DNA of 64,000 nucleotides from Candidatus Magasanikiibacteriota bacterium (GCA_023246655.1 JAHFHX010000003.1:24875-88874), one strand, 5' to 3'. Shown: positions 47,223 through 57,000, counted from the stretch's first letter. The notes: generated by a model from the letters alone, not told the origin. Numbers and translations are program-made.

Positions 47223-47303
47223 CCCGACCGCAGGAGGGATCTCTGGCTCACTCGCCAACGGACAGAGATTCCTCGTCGGCCGCGAGGCCTCACTCGGAAT
47301 GAC
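47217..47303. repeat. palindromic repeat element, family A, copy C
   Basis: Its reverse complement is near-identical to copy A (3836-3930). Overlaps the yvcK stop codon and the N-terminal extension of the GNAT ORF. Confidence 0.85.
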
Positions 47304-48276
47304 AATTAAATAAATCCACCAAAATTTTCGACAATTTCTCCGAACTCAACCCTCCTTCTTCCTTTTCAAAATCTGCTCCAATAATATTTTTATTTTTAAT
47401 ATTTTCAATATCTTTCATAAACGTGCCCCATTTTTTTTCTGCATACTTTCTCTGCTGCGCTGGAGTCAGCATGGAATTATTATACACCACCACATCAATT
47501 TTTCGTGGCAGATAGCGCTCTAATTGCTCTACAAAATCACTCAACCGTTCCGGGCCGGTCTCACCTTCAAGCTCATAAGCATCGCCCGCAACATATATGA
47601 GTTGCGCCGGTGATTGTGTAATGGCTTCTTTCGTTCCGGTTGGCAACAATGTTGCCACGACACTTGTATAAAGACTCCCCGGACTCAAAAAAATATAATC
47701 GGCTTGTTCAATAACCTCACCAGCGCCATCGTACATAACAGCATTTGGTTCCAACCATACTCGGCTAATCTTGAGCGATCGATCATACGTCGGTCGATCA
47801 ATCGCCGCTTCAGTCTTTATAATGGTACCATTCACAAGCTCCGCACACAAATCATTCATCTCAAGCGTCGCGGGGTATACATGCCCAACCGCTTCCACCA
47901 CTTCCTCAAGAGTTCTCAAGGCGCTTACATAATCACTCTCGTACGCAGCTAAAAAAGCGATAAATAAACTCCCCAAATTTGGGCGACTCGTTCCAGCAAA
48001 CACGGCATCGAGTTGCGGCGCCTTTGTACAACGATTTGTATAAAAAATTTTTCTAAGAACTGCATAATCATAAGGAGAAAGTGCAAGCGCTGCCCGAACA
48101 ACATCGGCTGGTGGCGGAACATTAAACTCACGCCGCACCACCCCCATAGAGCGACCGGAATCACTCATGGTGATAACTGCTGAAATATCTAAACGATCAG
48201 AAAATTTCTTGAGAGCGTTCAAGACAACGGCACTTCCGTTTCCCCCACCAATAACAACAACTTTCTTCTTAACCAT
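47290..48276 (-). CDS. yvcK: gluconeogenesis factor YvcK / CofD-like (UPF0052) protein
   Basis: Motif VVVIGGGNGSAVVLNALKKF...ISAVITMSDSGRSMG. 328 aa. The last 4 codons and the stop are supplied by the repeat element. Confidence 0.75.
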   Translation of the reverse strand: MVKKKVVVIGGGNGSAVVLNALKKFSDRLDISAVITMSDSGRSMGVVRREFNVPPPADVVRAALALSPYDYAVLRKIFYTNRCTKAPQLDAVFAGTSRPNLGSLFIAFLAAYESDYVSALRTLEEVVEAVGHVYPATLEMNDLCAELVNGTIIKTEAAIDRPTYDRSLKISRVWLEPNAVMYDGAGEVIEQADYIFLSPGSLYTSVVATLLPTGTKEAITQSPAQLIYVAGDAYELEGETGPERLSDFVEQLERYLPRKIDVVVYNNSMLTPAQQRKYAEKKWGTFMKDIENIKNKNIIGADFEKEEGGLSSEKLSKILVDLFNCHSE

Positions 48277-48279
48277 AAA

Positions 48280-48933
48280 TTATAATTCTAAAAATGCAAA
48301 TAGTTTTGGGTCCTCAAGCGATTCCACCGTACTATCAGCTGACGAAAAATCTCCCCAACTCCAACGCGGATTTGGTACCGCAATACAGGCCATGCCGGCC
48401 GCCTGGGCCGATTGTAAACCGTTGATCGAATCTTCAACCACCACACAATCGGCTGGCTGAACGTGCAAAACCTTGGCGGCGTACAAATAAATTGCTGGAT
48501 CCGGCTTGCCCACAAAATTAACATGATCAGTCGACACGAGCGTATCAAAATAATTTTCCCAATGAAAGCGTTGAACAATTGTTTCAATACGGTATAAAAA
48601 TGATCCTGATGCAATAGCAGTTTTAAACCCATGCGCGCGCAGCCTCGGGAGGAGTGTTTCCACCCCTGGCAAAATGCCCGACGCTTGGGTATAAATATGA
48701 TCCGTTAGCTTCACCCGCTCCTCACACAACTCTTCAACGCTCTCGCTAAAACCAAATTCCTGCTTTACCCAAAGCATATTTTCTCGCATGCTATGACCAA
48801 CCAGCTGCGCTTTAAGTTGTTTAGTATAAGGAATATTGCGTTTTCCAAAAAAATTTCTTCCTTCCTCATCCCAATAGAGCTCACTGTCGATCAAGACACC
48901 GTCCATGTCGAAAATAATTGCTTTGAAATGCAT
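48280..48933 (-). CDS. HAD-superfamily hydrolase (beta-phosphoglucomutase-like subfamily IA)
   Basis: Motif I AIIFDMDGVLIDSE. 217 aa. Confidence 0.8.
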   Translation of the reverse strand: MHFKAIIFDMDGVLIDSELYWDEEGRNFFGKRNIPYTKQLKAQLVGHSMRENMLWVKQEFGFSESVEELCEERVKLTDHIYTQASGILPGVETLLPRLRAHGFKTAIASGSFLYRIETIVQRFHWENYFDTLVSTDHVNFVGKPDPAIYLYAAKVLHVQPADCVVVEDSINGLQSAQAAGMACIAVPNPRWSWGDFSSADSTVESLEDPKLFAFLEL

Positions 48934-49005
48934 ATGAATTTTTTCTCGAGGAAAAATTCACTTCGTAGCGAGCGGGTCGCGAGCGAAGAAGATTCCTTTT
49001 TTAAA

Positions 49006-50850
49006 CTATTCCACCGTCACACTCTTCGCCAAGTTCCGTGGCCGATCCACATCCCGACCCAATAACACGGCCATATGATACGCAAATAACTGTAGCGGTA
49101 AGGTGTTAATGAGCGGCTCCAACAATTCCATCGTCGGTGGCACAAAAATGACGTCATCAGCTAATTCTTTCGCCTGCTCATCTCCTTCCGTTGCGATGAG
49201 AATGACGGGGGCTTGACGCGCACGAATTTCTTCGATATTACTGCGCATTTTATCATACAACTGATTCTTTGTCAGGATAGCAAACACCGGAAAATCGGGC
49301 GAGAGGAGAGCAATGGGCCCGTGTTTCATCTCTCCGCCCGGGTACGCTTCGCTATGAATATAAGTAATCTCTTTGAGTTTAAGTGATCCTTCGAGCGCCA
49401 CGGGATAATTGATCCCCCGACCCAAAAAGAAAAAATTTTTATAGTGCTGATATTTTTCTGCCAGCATCTTAATATAATCTCCTTGACGAAGAATTTTTTC
49501 CATCTTTTCCGATACCTCCCGGAGTGCTGCAACCACCCGTTGCCCGGTGGCAACCGTCACCCGCCGGGTCCGACCAAATTGCAAAGCATACATCAGCAAT
49601 ACGGCTACCATATTAGTGTATGCCTTAGTGGATGCCACCGCGAGCTCTGGTCCGGCATGAATGTAGGTGCCACCATCAGTTTCGCGGGCAATGGTTGAAC
49701 CAACCACGTTCACAATACCGCGGACATAAGCCCCCTTACGCTTGGCTTCACGCAACGCTGCAATGGTATCAGCGGTTTCACCAGATTGGGATACACCAAA
49801 TACCAACGTCTGGCGATCAATAATCGGATCACGATATCGAAATTCACTGGCTACCTCCACATCAGTGGGGATACCTGCCAACCGTTCAAAAGCATATTTG
49901 CCCACTAAAGCCGCATACGAAGCAGTACCACAAGCGATTAAAATTATCCGATTAACTGAATGCATCTGCGCCTCTGTCATGTTCAACCCCCCCAGATGCG
50001 CCGTTCCTTCATCTTCAACCAAACGCCCTCGAAGGGCATCCTTAATGACCGTAGGTTGATCAATAATTTCCTTCAACATAAAGTGGCTGTAGCCACCTTT
50101 CTCAGCTTGATCCTCGTTCCAATCAATATGCTCAGCTGCCTTAATTATTTCCTGATCTTCCAAGTTAAAAATTTGCAGTCCGTGATCGGTAATTTCAGCA
50201 ATCTCACCATCATCCAAAAAAATAACTTGCTGAGTGTAAGCCAGCATCGGTGAAGTATCCGAAGCAACATAGTATTCCTTATCACCAACCCCAACCACCA
50301 ACGGACTCCCCAAACGCGCTGCCACTAATTTACGTGGTTCATTTTTATGCATCACCACCAGGCCATAGGTACCCCGCACATGCTGCAAGGCTTTCTGCAC
50401 TGCTAAACGAAGATCCCCCTGATAATGGACCTCAATAAGATGCGCCAAAATTTCGGTATCGGTCTTGGATCGAAGTGTGTGGTCTTTCAAAAAACCGCTC
50501 CGGAGTTCGCGGTAATTTTCAATAATACCATTATGGACAACAATAATATCACCGCTACAATCCGTATGTGGATGGGCGTTCTCTTCCGTAACACCACCGT
50601 GCGTGGCCCACCGCGTGTGGGCAATGCCCATGGTACTGTTGAGTGTCATGGTCTTGAGCTTCTCCGCCAAATTATCAATTTTACCAACCGCTCGCACTCG
50701 CTCAATTGTCGTTTCGCTATTTTTTTCTGACTGCTGATTCAAAACTGCAATACCAGCCGAATCATAACCCCGATATTCCAAACGCCGCAGACCTTTAACC
50801 AAAATAGGTAAGGCTGATTTTGTTCCAATATAGCCAACAATTCCACACAT
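49006..50850 (-). CDS. glmS: glutamine--fructose-6-phosphate aminotransferase
   Basis: True N-terminus MCGIVGYIG (Cys2 nucleophile), and two SIS domains. The track start at 50931 over-extends into the upstream gene. Confidence 0.9.
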   Translation of the reverse strand: MCGIVGYIGTKSALPILVKGLRRLEYRGYDSAGIAVLNQQSEKNSETTIERVRAVGKIDNLAEKLKTMTLNSTMGIAHTRWATHGGVTEENAHPHTDCSGDIIVVHNGIIENYRELRSGFLKDHTLRSKTDTEILAHLIEVHYQGDLRLAVQKALQHVRGTYGLVVMHKNEPRKLVAARLGSPLVVGVGDKEYYVASDTSPMLAYTQQVIFLDDGEIAEITDHGLQIFNLEDQEIIKAAEHIDWNEDQAEKGGYSHFMLKEIIDQPTVIKDALRGRLVEDEGTAHLGGLNMTEAQMHSVNRIILIACGTASYAALVGKYAFERLAGIPTDVEVASEFRYRDPIIDRQTLVFGVSQSGETADTIAALREAKRKGAYVRGIVNVVGSTIARETDGGTYIHAGPELAVASTKAYTNMVAVLLMYALQFGRTRRVTVATGQRVVAALREVSEKMEKILRQGDYIKMLAEKYQHYKNFFFLGRGINYPVALEGSLKLKEITYIHSEAYPGGEMKHGPIALLSPDFPVFAILTKNQLYDKMRSNIEEIRARQAPVILIATEGDEQAKELADDVIFVPPTMELLEPLINTLPLQLFAYHMAVLLGRDVDRPRNLAKSVTVE

Positions 50851-50861
50851 ATAAAATAAAC

Positions 50862-51653
50862 TTAATTTTTCTCCATTCGTTTTCGCCGATCTGCTTCTGC
50901 TAACTGTTCCGGCGTATTTACGCCAAACCACTCACTATTATCAGGCAATTGCATCAGGCGATATGGTTGATGCTCGGCATGTGCCATCGCCAGTGCGGTG
51001 GGGAGGCCATACTCACCGAGCTTGCGAAGCTTGGGCATGGTTAAAAACATCGCTTCAAACCAAGCCCGATTAAACACAAACGTTCCGGTGCTAATTTCCT
51101 TAATTAATGTTTGTTCGGCAGTAAGATATTCTTTCTCAATAATTTCCACTCTACCATCCGGATGCCGTATAATCCGACCGAGTGCTGCTGGGTTATCTGC
51201 CAATGCCGTCAGAAGAGTCAAAACTGGCTTCTCTACAAGATGAATGTGCATTAAAGATTGTAAGGTTTCAGGACGATAAAAGGCACTATCATCACCGCCG
51301 AGTACCAGCACATCGGTAACTGACAAAGGCAATGCCCGCATGCCAGCATATGCAGCGTGAGCCGTGCCCAACAATTCCTCTTGAAAAGCATAACTTACCG
51401 TTGCCCCCAAATATTTCATCAGGCGCTCTTTTTGAAAATTAACTACCAAACAAATGTGCTGTGGAGAAAAACCTAATTGTTGCAACGTTTCAATAGTATA
51501 ATGTATCATTGGTCGCCCACCAATTTCGGCCATTACCTTGGGGCCAGTTGTATGCTTAAGACGCGTGCCTTTGCCCGCGGCTAAAACGACAACACCGATA
51601 GTTGACAAAACTAAATCTTTTCCAGTTGGCATAGATATGGATAAACAGCGCAC
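50862..51653 (-). CDS. sugar-phosphate nucleotidyltransferase (GlmU N-terminal-like, no acetyltransferase domain)
   Basis: Motif GVVVLAAGKGTRLKHTTGPKVMAEIGGRPMIHY. 263 aa, without left-handed beta-helix repeats. Confidence 0.7.
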   Translation of the reverse strand: MRCLSISMPTGKDLVLSTIGVVVLAAGKGTRLKHTTGPKVMAEIGGRPMIHYTIETLQQLGFSPQHICLVVNFQKERLMKYLGATVSYAFQEELLGTAHAAYAGMRALPLSVTDVLVLGGDDSAFYRPETLQSLMHIHLVEKPVLTLLTALADNPAALGRIIRHPDGRVEIIEKEYLTAEQTLIKEISTGTFVFNRAWFEAMFLTMPKLRKLGEYGLPTALAMAHAEHQPYRLMQLPDNSEWFGVNTPEQLAEADRRKRMEKN

Positions 51654-52477
51654 TAAGAAAAAGCAAAATCTACTACTAAAGGAAAATGATCAGACGCCTC
51701 CAAGGATTCCCCAGCAGTATAAAAAAAGACTTCTTTGATATATGAGGCTAATCCCGGAGAAACAAAGATATAATCCAAACGCAGAGGAACAATATGGGTT
51801 GGATCCTCCCGCAGGGAAGTAGGTACAGAAGAAACTGGATACCGCCCCTTTATATCGAAAACATCATGTAATCCAGCGTCTAAGATACTATTAATAACAT
51901 CGTAGCGCAATGCTGCGTCACCAAATTTTCTAATACTTTTTCTCTGCAATGATAAAAAAATATCCTGGGTATAACAATCAGCCGGAGACAGTGAGTTAAA
52001 ATCACCCATCATAATGAGATTTTTTTCTAATCCAAAATGGCTAAGAATAAGACGAACTTCTTTAAATCGCTCGTCCTCTGAACGCGGATCAAGATGCACC
52101 AGTACGATTGTCACTTCACCGATATCCGGAGAATAATATCGCGCTACCGCGCTTCCATGCCAAAGGCCAACCCGTTCGCAACGAGTGTTAAAAAGTGAGA
52201 AAAGCGATAAAAAAACTAAATGGTATGCGGTATTGGCCTGGCAAAAAAAACTGTTGTGAAGACCGGTTGCCGCTTGCATATAACGTAATACTTGGTAATT
52301 ATCATCATGCCAACCGTTGGCTTCACAAAAACCCACGATATCAGGAGAACAGTCACGCACGACCTGGGCAATCCTTCCAAGCCGATTAACGCCGCCTTTA
52401 TAAATATTGTAAGACAAAAATCTCATATCAATTGGGATGTTGAGGGTGGTGCCGTGATGACGGCACCAACCCTCCAA
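51653..52477 (-). CDS. endonuclease/exonuclease/phosphatase (EEP) family protein
   Basis: Motif MRFLSYNIYKGG...DIVGFCEANGW, and the catalytic motifs LDYIFVS and DHFPLV. Confidence 0.75.
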   Translation of the reverse strand: MEGWCRHHGTTLNIPIDMRFLSYNIYKGGVNRLGRIAQVVRDCSPDIVGFCEANGWHDDNYQVLRYMQAATGLHNSFFCQANTAYHLVFLSLFSLFNTRCERVGLWHGSAVARYYSPDIGEVTIVLVHLDPRSEDERFKEVRLILSHFGLEKNLIMMGDFNSLSPADCYTQDIFLSLQRKSIRKFGDAALRYDVINSILDAGLHDVFDIKGRYPVSSVPTSLREDPTHIVPLRLDYIFVSPGLASYIKEVFFYTAGESLEASDHFPLVVDFAFS

Positions 52478-52482
52478 GACAC

Positions 52483-53466
52483 TTAGAGAAACGGTCGCAT
52501 CAGTTCAAGAAACTTCTGCAGACGTTCCTCACGAGTCTTCGCGTCAGCCGCAGCGGCTTGGCTCGTATTATCAAACACGGCCTCCATGATCCGCTGACGG
52601 ATAGCGCCAGCCGGATACGGAATGAGTCGAATCGCGAGCTCGCGAAGCGTGTCAACGTCGGTCGTACCCTCTAGGAGAGCGAGACGCTGACGCGCGTCCA
52701 GGCTGAGCACACGGCTGTCAGGAAGGGACTCAAGAGCGGAGCGTACGAAGCAACGCAATGAGTCGGGCAAGCGGTCGAGGGAATGCGCAAAAGGCGCTTC
52801 CCAGTCCGGATCAACAGCCATCAAGTCGAAACGCAGGCGTCGCAGCACCCCGAGGGGGGTGAACTTGCGCTCGACTTCAGCTGCAACGATGGCTGCATCG
52901 CTCGGATTGGGATAGTGCACCCAGTACTTCCCCTCATGGAGGACCAACGGTGGGAAAATGTCGATGTACACCACCAGGTCTCCGTCGCGGGTGGCGAAAT
53001 TAGACAGGCGGGCGTCGATGCCAACGCACCTCTGGCCTTCCACCAGAAGTTTGCTGATGGCACCAACGATTGCCGGTAGCACCGATCGGACACGCTCAGG
53101 GCAGCGCTGCACGAAACTCATGCAGTCCTCCCCCTCATCCGAAACCAGGTGAACCGGGCAAACGTTAACTGAATAGATCCCATAGACGCTGGGCAAAGGC
53201 ACATCGTGCCTAGCCAATTCGTCACGAAAAAATTCAGTCACCCCGTTGATATGCTCCACTGCCTGGGAGCGCTCCGCATCCGGCAAGTGCTGGAAAACAC
53301 CCTGGGAAGGCAACTTTATGACCCACTGGTCGTTACCGCACTCCACGCCGATGATCTCGGCGTAACGAGAGCTCCTCCTCCACCTAACACGGGGCTCCGA
53401 GAGAGCCGCCCCGAACAATTTCAGTAGCTTTGCGGTCTCCATAGAGCCTCCTTTCATTGTCTTCAA
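52483..53466 (-). CDS. hypothetical protein with a protein-kinase-like fold signature; high GC
   Basis: VIKLPS (beta3 Lys-like), GIDARLSNF (catalytic-loop-like D..N) and YIDIFPP (DFG-like). GC ~57-60% against a ~40-45% background. Confidence 0.4.
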   Translation of the reverse strand: MKTMKGGSMETAKLLKLFGAALSEPRVRWRRSSRYAEIIGVECGNDQWVIKLPSQGVFQHLPDAERSQAVEHINGVTEFFRDELARHDVPLPSVYGIYSVNVCPVHLVSDEGEDCMSFVQRCPERVRSVLPAIVGAISKLLVEGQRCVGIDARLSNFATRDGDLVVYIDIFPPLVLHEGKYWVHYPNPSDAAIVAAEVERKFTPLGVLRRLRFDLMAVDPDWEAPFAHSLDRLPDSLRCFVRSALESLPDSRVLSLDARQRLALLEGTTDVDTLRELAIRLIPYPAGAIRQRIMEAVFDNTSQAAAADAKTREERLQKFLELMRPFL

Positions 53467-53537
53467 GGCTCAAATAACAAGCCCCAGAGAATTGATATTT
53501 AACAAACATCAACTATTCAGGGTTCATTTAAAAAAAC

Positions 53538-54272
53538 TTAAAGTTTACTCCACAACTCATCAAAAATCACCCGCTGTGTTTGATGTACTCCTTCATTTTC
53601 AATTACCACACCCACCGGTTCCTGTTGAGCGTTTAAGGAAATATAGGCTGTTTTGCCTGGATAAATAATAATATACGTTGGCGTAGCACTAGCGGCCTTG
53701 AGCCACTTGCGTTCATCCAGCCCACGCAACTCCCCGCCCTCACCAATTGCAATCACTTTCACTGCAATCCCTTTGGCTACCCGCACATCACTAAAGGTTT
53801 CAAAACCGGCATATAGATATTCACGGATACCAGCCGTAGAATAAATGCGATACTCAAGATCTGCTCTCTCTTCACAGACCTTTAACACATCTTCCAAAAT
53901 GTTATGTATCTCGTCGCGCGCAAAATAACGTGCCACTGGTTGTTCGCCGCCCCGATGATGCAGCGACCGCAATTCGGGAATAATGGTTTGCAAATTTTCC
54001 TCCGCTTCTTTCAGTTCTTCCTTTTCTTTTTCCACAACAAGCCGCAACTTCTCAGGGTCCTCAGCCACAAAATACTGTTTACTTTCCTTGGCATAAAAAT
54101 CTACCAGGCCACGCTCCTGGAGCCATTTTAGCCCATCATAGACTACGCCTCGATTTAGCTTACTAGCCTCGGCTACTTTTCTAACTGGTGCTGGGCCTAA
54201 TCCTAAGAGCGTCAGGTATATGGTAGCTACTTTTTCGGAAAACCCAATTTTTTTAAGAATACTGATATCCAT
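53538..54272 (-). CDS. trmB: TrmB-family sugar-responsive transcriptional regulator
   Basis: N-terminal wHTH GFSEKVATIYLTLLGLGPAPVRKVAEASKLNRGVVYDGLKWLQERGLV. Confidence 0.75.
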   Translation of the reverse strand: MDISILKKIGFSEKVATIYLTLLGLGPAPVRKVAEASKLNRGVVYDGLKWLQERGLVDFYAKESKQYFVAEDPEKLRLVVEKEKEELKEAEENLQTIIPELRSLHHRGGEQPVARYFARDEIHNILEDVLKVCEERADLEYRIYSTAGIREYLYAGFETFSDVRVAKGIAVKVIAIGEGGELRGLDERKWLKAASATPTYIIIYPGKTAYISLNAQQEPVGVVIENEGVHQTQRVIFDELWSKL

Positions 54273-54445
54273 GTGATAGAATCTGACAAAAAAATCTAGA
54301 CTATGATTAATACGATATGGCTATTTTTAACTAATTCTAAGTATAACAAAGCATTTCTAATTGTCAAATTTCTTGTAACAATAGTTGTGGATAACTAAAA
54401 ATTACCTTATACAAAGATCATACTATATGAGCAGTGCTCATTAAT

Positions 54446-54566
54446 TTTATTATAATATAGCCAAAATTATTATATTTTTGCCGTGAGGACCTAGCGAGCC
54501 TGTCACAATTGGCCGTGGCGAGCGAACCCGCAACAAGAAAATATAATAATTTTGGCTATATTATAG
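54446..54566. promoter_or_regulatory. 28-bp perfect inverted repeat (ttattataatatagccaaaattattata / tataataattttggctatattataataa) with a 58-bp GC-rich spacer, in the divergent trmB-pfk intergenic region
   Basis: Arms at 54446-54478 and 54537-54566, read directly from the sequence. Confidence 0.7.
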
Positions 54567-54651
54567 AGTTTGACAACTAGCCCTGGTCATTACTATGGTA
54601 AAAAATCTGTAGTTGAGGTATAATGAGCCCGTAAATAATTTACCTAAACGC

Positions 54652-55812
54652 ATGAAAAAAATCTTTGTCCTCACCGGTGGGGGGTTAGCTCCAGCCTTAA
54701 ACCCAACCCTCTATGGAGTAATTACGGCAGCGCGAGAACGTGGTTGGAGTGTGATAGGGGGGTTGTTTGGCTGGGCTTCGCTCTTGCGTAATGGCCAACA
54801 CATTGATCTTGATAATCTCCCGATTGAAGCAATCCGTAATGTTGGTGGAACCTTCCTGCGCTCCTCGCGCACTAACCCGTTCGCCTTTACCGATGGTATC
54901 TATCAACTAAAAGAACGACTACACGATCTTGGTATTGATGCGGTGGTAGCGATTGGCGGAGACGATACGCTGGGAGCGGCAGCTGAACTATTCCGTGAAG
55001 GAATTCCGGTTGTGGGAATTCCCAAAACGATTGATAATGATCTTGCCGGCACCTATTACACACCCGGCTTCCCTTCCGCCGCCCACTATTTAAGTTCCTT
55101 CACCAACGAAATCCGTGAAGATGCTGCCTACGCACTATCTCGTATTTTTATCATCGAATCCATGGGTATGAAAGCTGGCTGGCTCGCCGCGGCTGCCCGC
55201 TACGGGAACGCCGACATTATTGTTCCTCCCGAGCAACCAGTTTCATTGCGGGCCATGCTTGGTGCGCTGGAAAAACGCTACACCGAAAATGGAAACTACG
55301 CCGTGGTGGTAGTGGCCCAAGAAGCACACTTTGATGAACCGCTTGAGCGTATCCGCGATCATTATATTGATGAACAATACGGCCACCAACGCCACAGTTT
55401 TATTTGTGTGAGCTTGCGGGAAAAAATTAAAAAGGAATTGGGAGTTGATACTAAAGCACTCTACCCGGGAAACTGGCTTGAAACTGGTCGCCCTATTCCA
55501 CTGGATCGTGATATCGCTATCAATCTAGGTCACCACGCCATAAAAATGATTGCCGAAGCACGGCTTGGTTACATGGCTGCCATTGTTCGGCCTGATGAAA
55601 AAAAGACTGATCTCGCCGTGAGCGAAATAGCCCTGAGTGCTATTGTTGGTAAACAAAATTATCGCATTATGCCGCCTGGTTTTTTTGATTTTTCTAACTT
55701 CCAACCCACCGCGGCCTTTTGCGACTATATGGAACCGATCCTCGGCCGGTGTGAACCAAAGGATGACGACTACACCAAACTTATTAAAAAAATTACGAGC
55801 CAGGTTGGGTAA
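54652..55812 (+). CDS. pfp: 6-phosphofructokinase, predicted pyrophosphate-dependent
   Basis: IGGDDT and GIPKTIDND. These give Asp and Lys at the positions of E. coli PfkA Gly104 and Gly124, the known PPi-PFK signature. The start at MKKIFVLTGGG is preferred; the track start at 54613 is a TTG. Confidence 0.8.
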   Translation: MKKIFVLTGGGLAPALNPTLYGVITAARERGWSVIGGLFGWASLLRNGQHIDLDNLPIEAIRNVGGTFLRSSRTNPFAFTDGIYQLKERLHDLGIDAVVAIGGDDTLGAAAELFREGIPVVGIPKTIDNDLAGTYYTPGFPSAAHYLSSFTNEIREDAAYALSRIFIIESMGMKAGWLAAAARYGNADIIVPPEQPVSLRAMLGALEKRYTENGNYAVVVVAQEAHFDEPLERIRDHYIDEQYGHQRHSFICVSLREKIKKELGVDTKALYPGNWLETGRPIPLDRDIAINLGHHAIKMIAEARLGYMAAIVRPDEKKTDLAVSEIALSAIVGKQNYRIMPPGFFDFSNFQPTAAFCDYMEPILGRCEPKDDDYTKLIKKITSQVG

Positions 55813-55826
55813 CCTGGCTTTTTTCT
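55799..55826. terminator. bidirectional terminator between the convergent pfk and pfkB genes
   Basis: Stem gccaggtt / aacctggc with loop gggt, then TTTTTT. The reverse strand has a T-run 6 nt after the hairpin. The hairpin overlaps the pfk stop codon. Confidence 0.55.
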
Positions 55827-55827
55827 T

Positions 55828-57000
55828 CTAGCGCCGCTGCCGTCCATGGAAACGGCGGATGCGCTCCGGCGTGGGGATGGTCCATGGTCCTTGATTTCCG
55901 ACCTTGTGTCCGGAAACAAAGACGGCGTCACGAATCACCGTGACCAACCGATCCCAGCTGCCGATAGGTCGCTCCATTTGCCGAGCGAGGATGGTAGCGA
56001 GGAAGGAATCCCCGGCACCTGTGGGTTCCACCACTTTGGTCCGCTCCGCAATTGGACGCTGGTGGAAGGTGCCCCCGGCATACGCCACCACTGCCCCCTC
56101 TTTATCGAGGGTAACGATGGTAATGGCAGCGCCGAGTTTGGCGACCTCGCCAATGCGCTCAGGCACGAACGTGCCCCCGATGAGGAGCCCGGCCTCGTGC
56201 GCGTTCATCACGAGGAGATCGAGTTCCCGAATGAGCGCCACCACCTGTGGCCGCAAGTGGTGCTGGGCAGGGTCGATGAGATTGGGGTGCGGCACCAGCG
56301 CCACAAAGGGCTGGTTGCTGCGGCGGTGCCCCTGCCGCAAGCGGCGCACAGTGTCCTCCGCAAAGCTGAAATCACTGGGCCGAAGGCTGGTGAAGGCCAC
56401 CGTCCGCGGACGGATCAACTCCGCCACGTATTCCCCAATGCCCGTGGAAAGGACATGCCGCCCCTTCTTGCACAGGAGGAGAATGCGGCCAGTGCCGCGC
56501 TCGCGCAGGCGCACCGAGAACGACGTCAGGTTAGCCGGAATGACGCCATACTCAATACCCCACTGCTCCAGGTCGCGGAGCAACTCAACGCCGTCCGCAT
56601 CCACCTGGCCGTCCTTACCGACGCCAACCGCACCAACCCCACCAACCAGCCTGTTGGGCAAAAGTTGGCGCAAATCGATGAGGGCGTTCCCCGTGCTCCC
56701 CGAGGTGACGGTTCCGCCGTCGCGCTTGCCCCAAAAGGCAACCTGCTCGCCACCGTCCTTCAAGGTGACGATAAAGTTGCCACCCTGCCCTTTGGGGGTG
56801 CAGTGGATGGCGGCGACGGTGAGCTTTTCCCCCTGCTTTTTGCCCTGCCGAGCTGCCTCCAGGAGCTGGGTAGGGATCTGGTCTACTGCAATGCGTTGCT
56901 GCCGGTCCAGGCTTGCCAGGACCAGGCAGTCAACCTCACCCAACCCATCCGTCCATTTGAAGAACGGGGGGCTGAGACGCCGATGCTTTCTTCGCGTCAT
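55828..57000 (-). CDS. PfkB-family carbohydrate kinase; high GC
   Basis: PfkB signature 2 VVEPTGAGDSFLATILARQ and an N-terminal GG-type motif. GC ~65-68%, so all six frames are open here. Overlapping plus-strand ORFs are rejected. Confidence 0.7.
   Translation of the reverse strand: MTRRKHRRLSPPFFKWTDGLGEVDCLVLASLDRQQRIAVDQIPTQLLEAARQGKKQGEKLTVAAIHCTPKGQGGNFIVTLKDGGEQVAFWGKRDGGTVTSGSTGNALIDLRQLLPNRLVGGVGAVGVGKDGQVDADGVELLRDLEQWGIEYGVIPANLTSFSVRLRERGTGRILLLCKKGRHVLSTGIGEYVAELIRPRTVAFTSLRPSDFSFAEDTVRRLRQGHRRSNQPFVALVPHPNLIDPAQHHLRPQVVALIRELDLLVMNAHEAGLLIGGTFVPERIGEVAKLGAAITIVTLDKEGAVVAYAGGTFHQRPIAERTKVVEPTGAGDSFLATILARQMERPIGSWDRLVTVIRDAVFVSGHKVGNQGPWTIPTPERIRRFHGRQRR

Noticed and set aside
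50850-50931. 27-codon N-terminal extension of glmS, as drawn in the track
   Set aside because: GlmS requires Cys as the first residue after Met (MCGIVGYIG). The extension would overlap the upstream nucleotidyltransferase gene.
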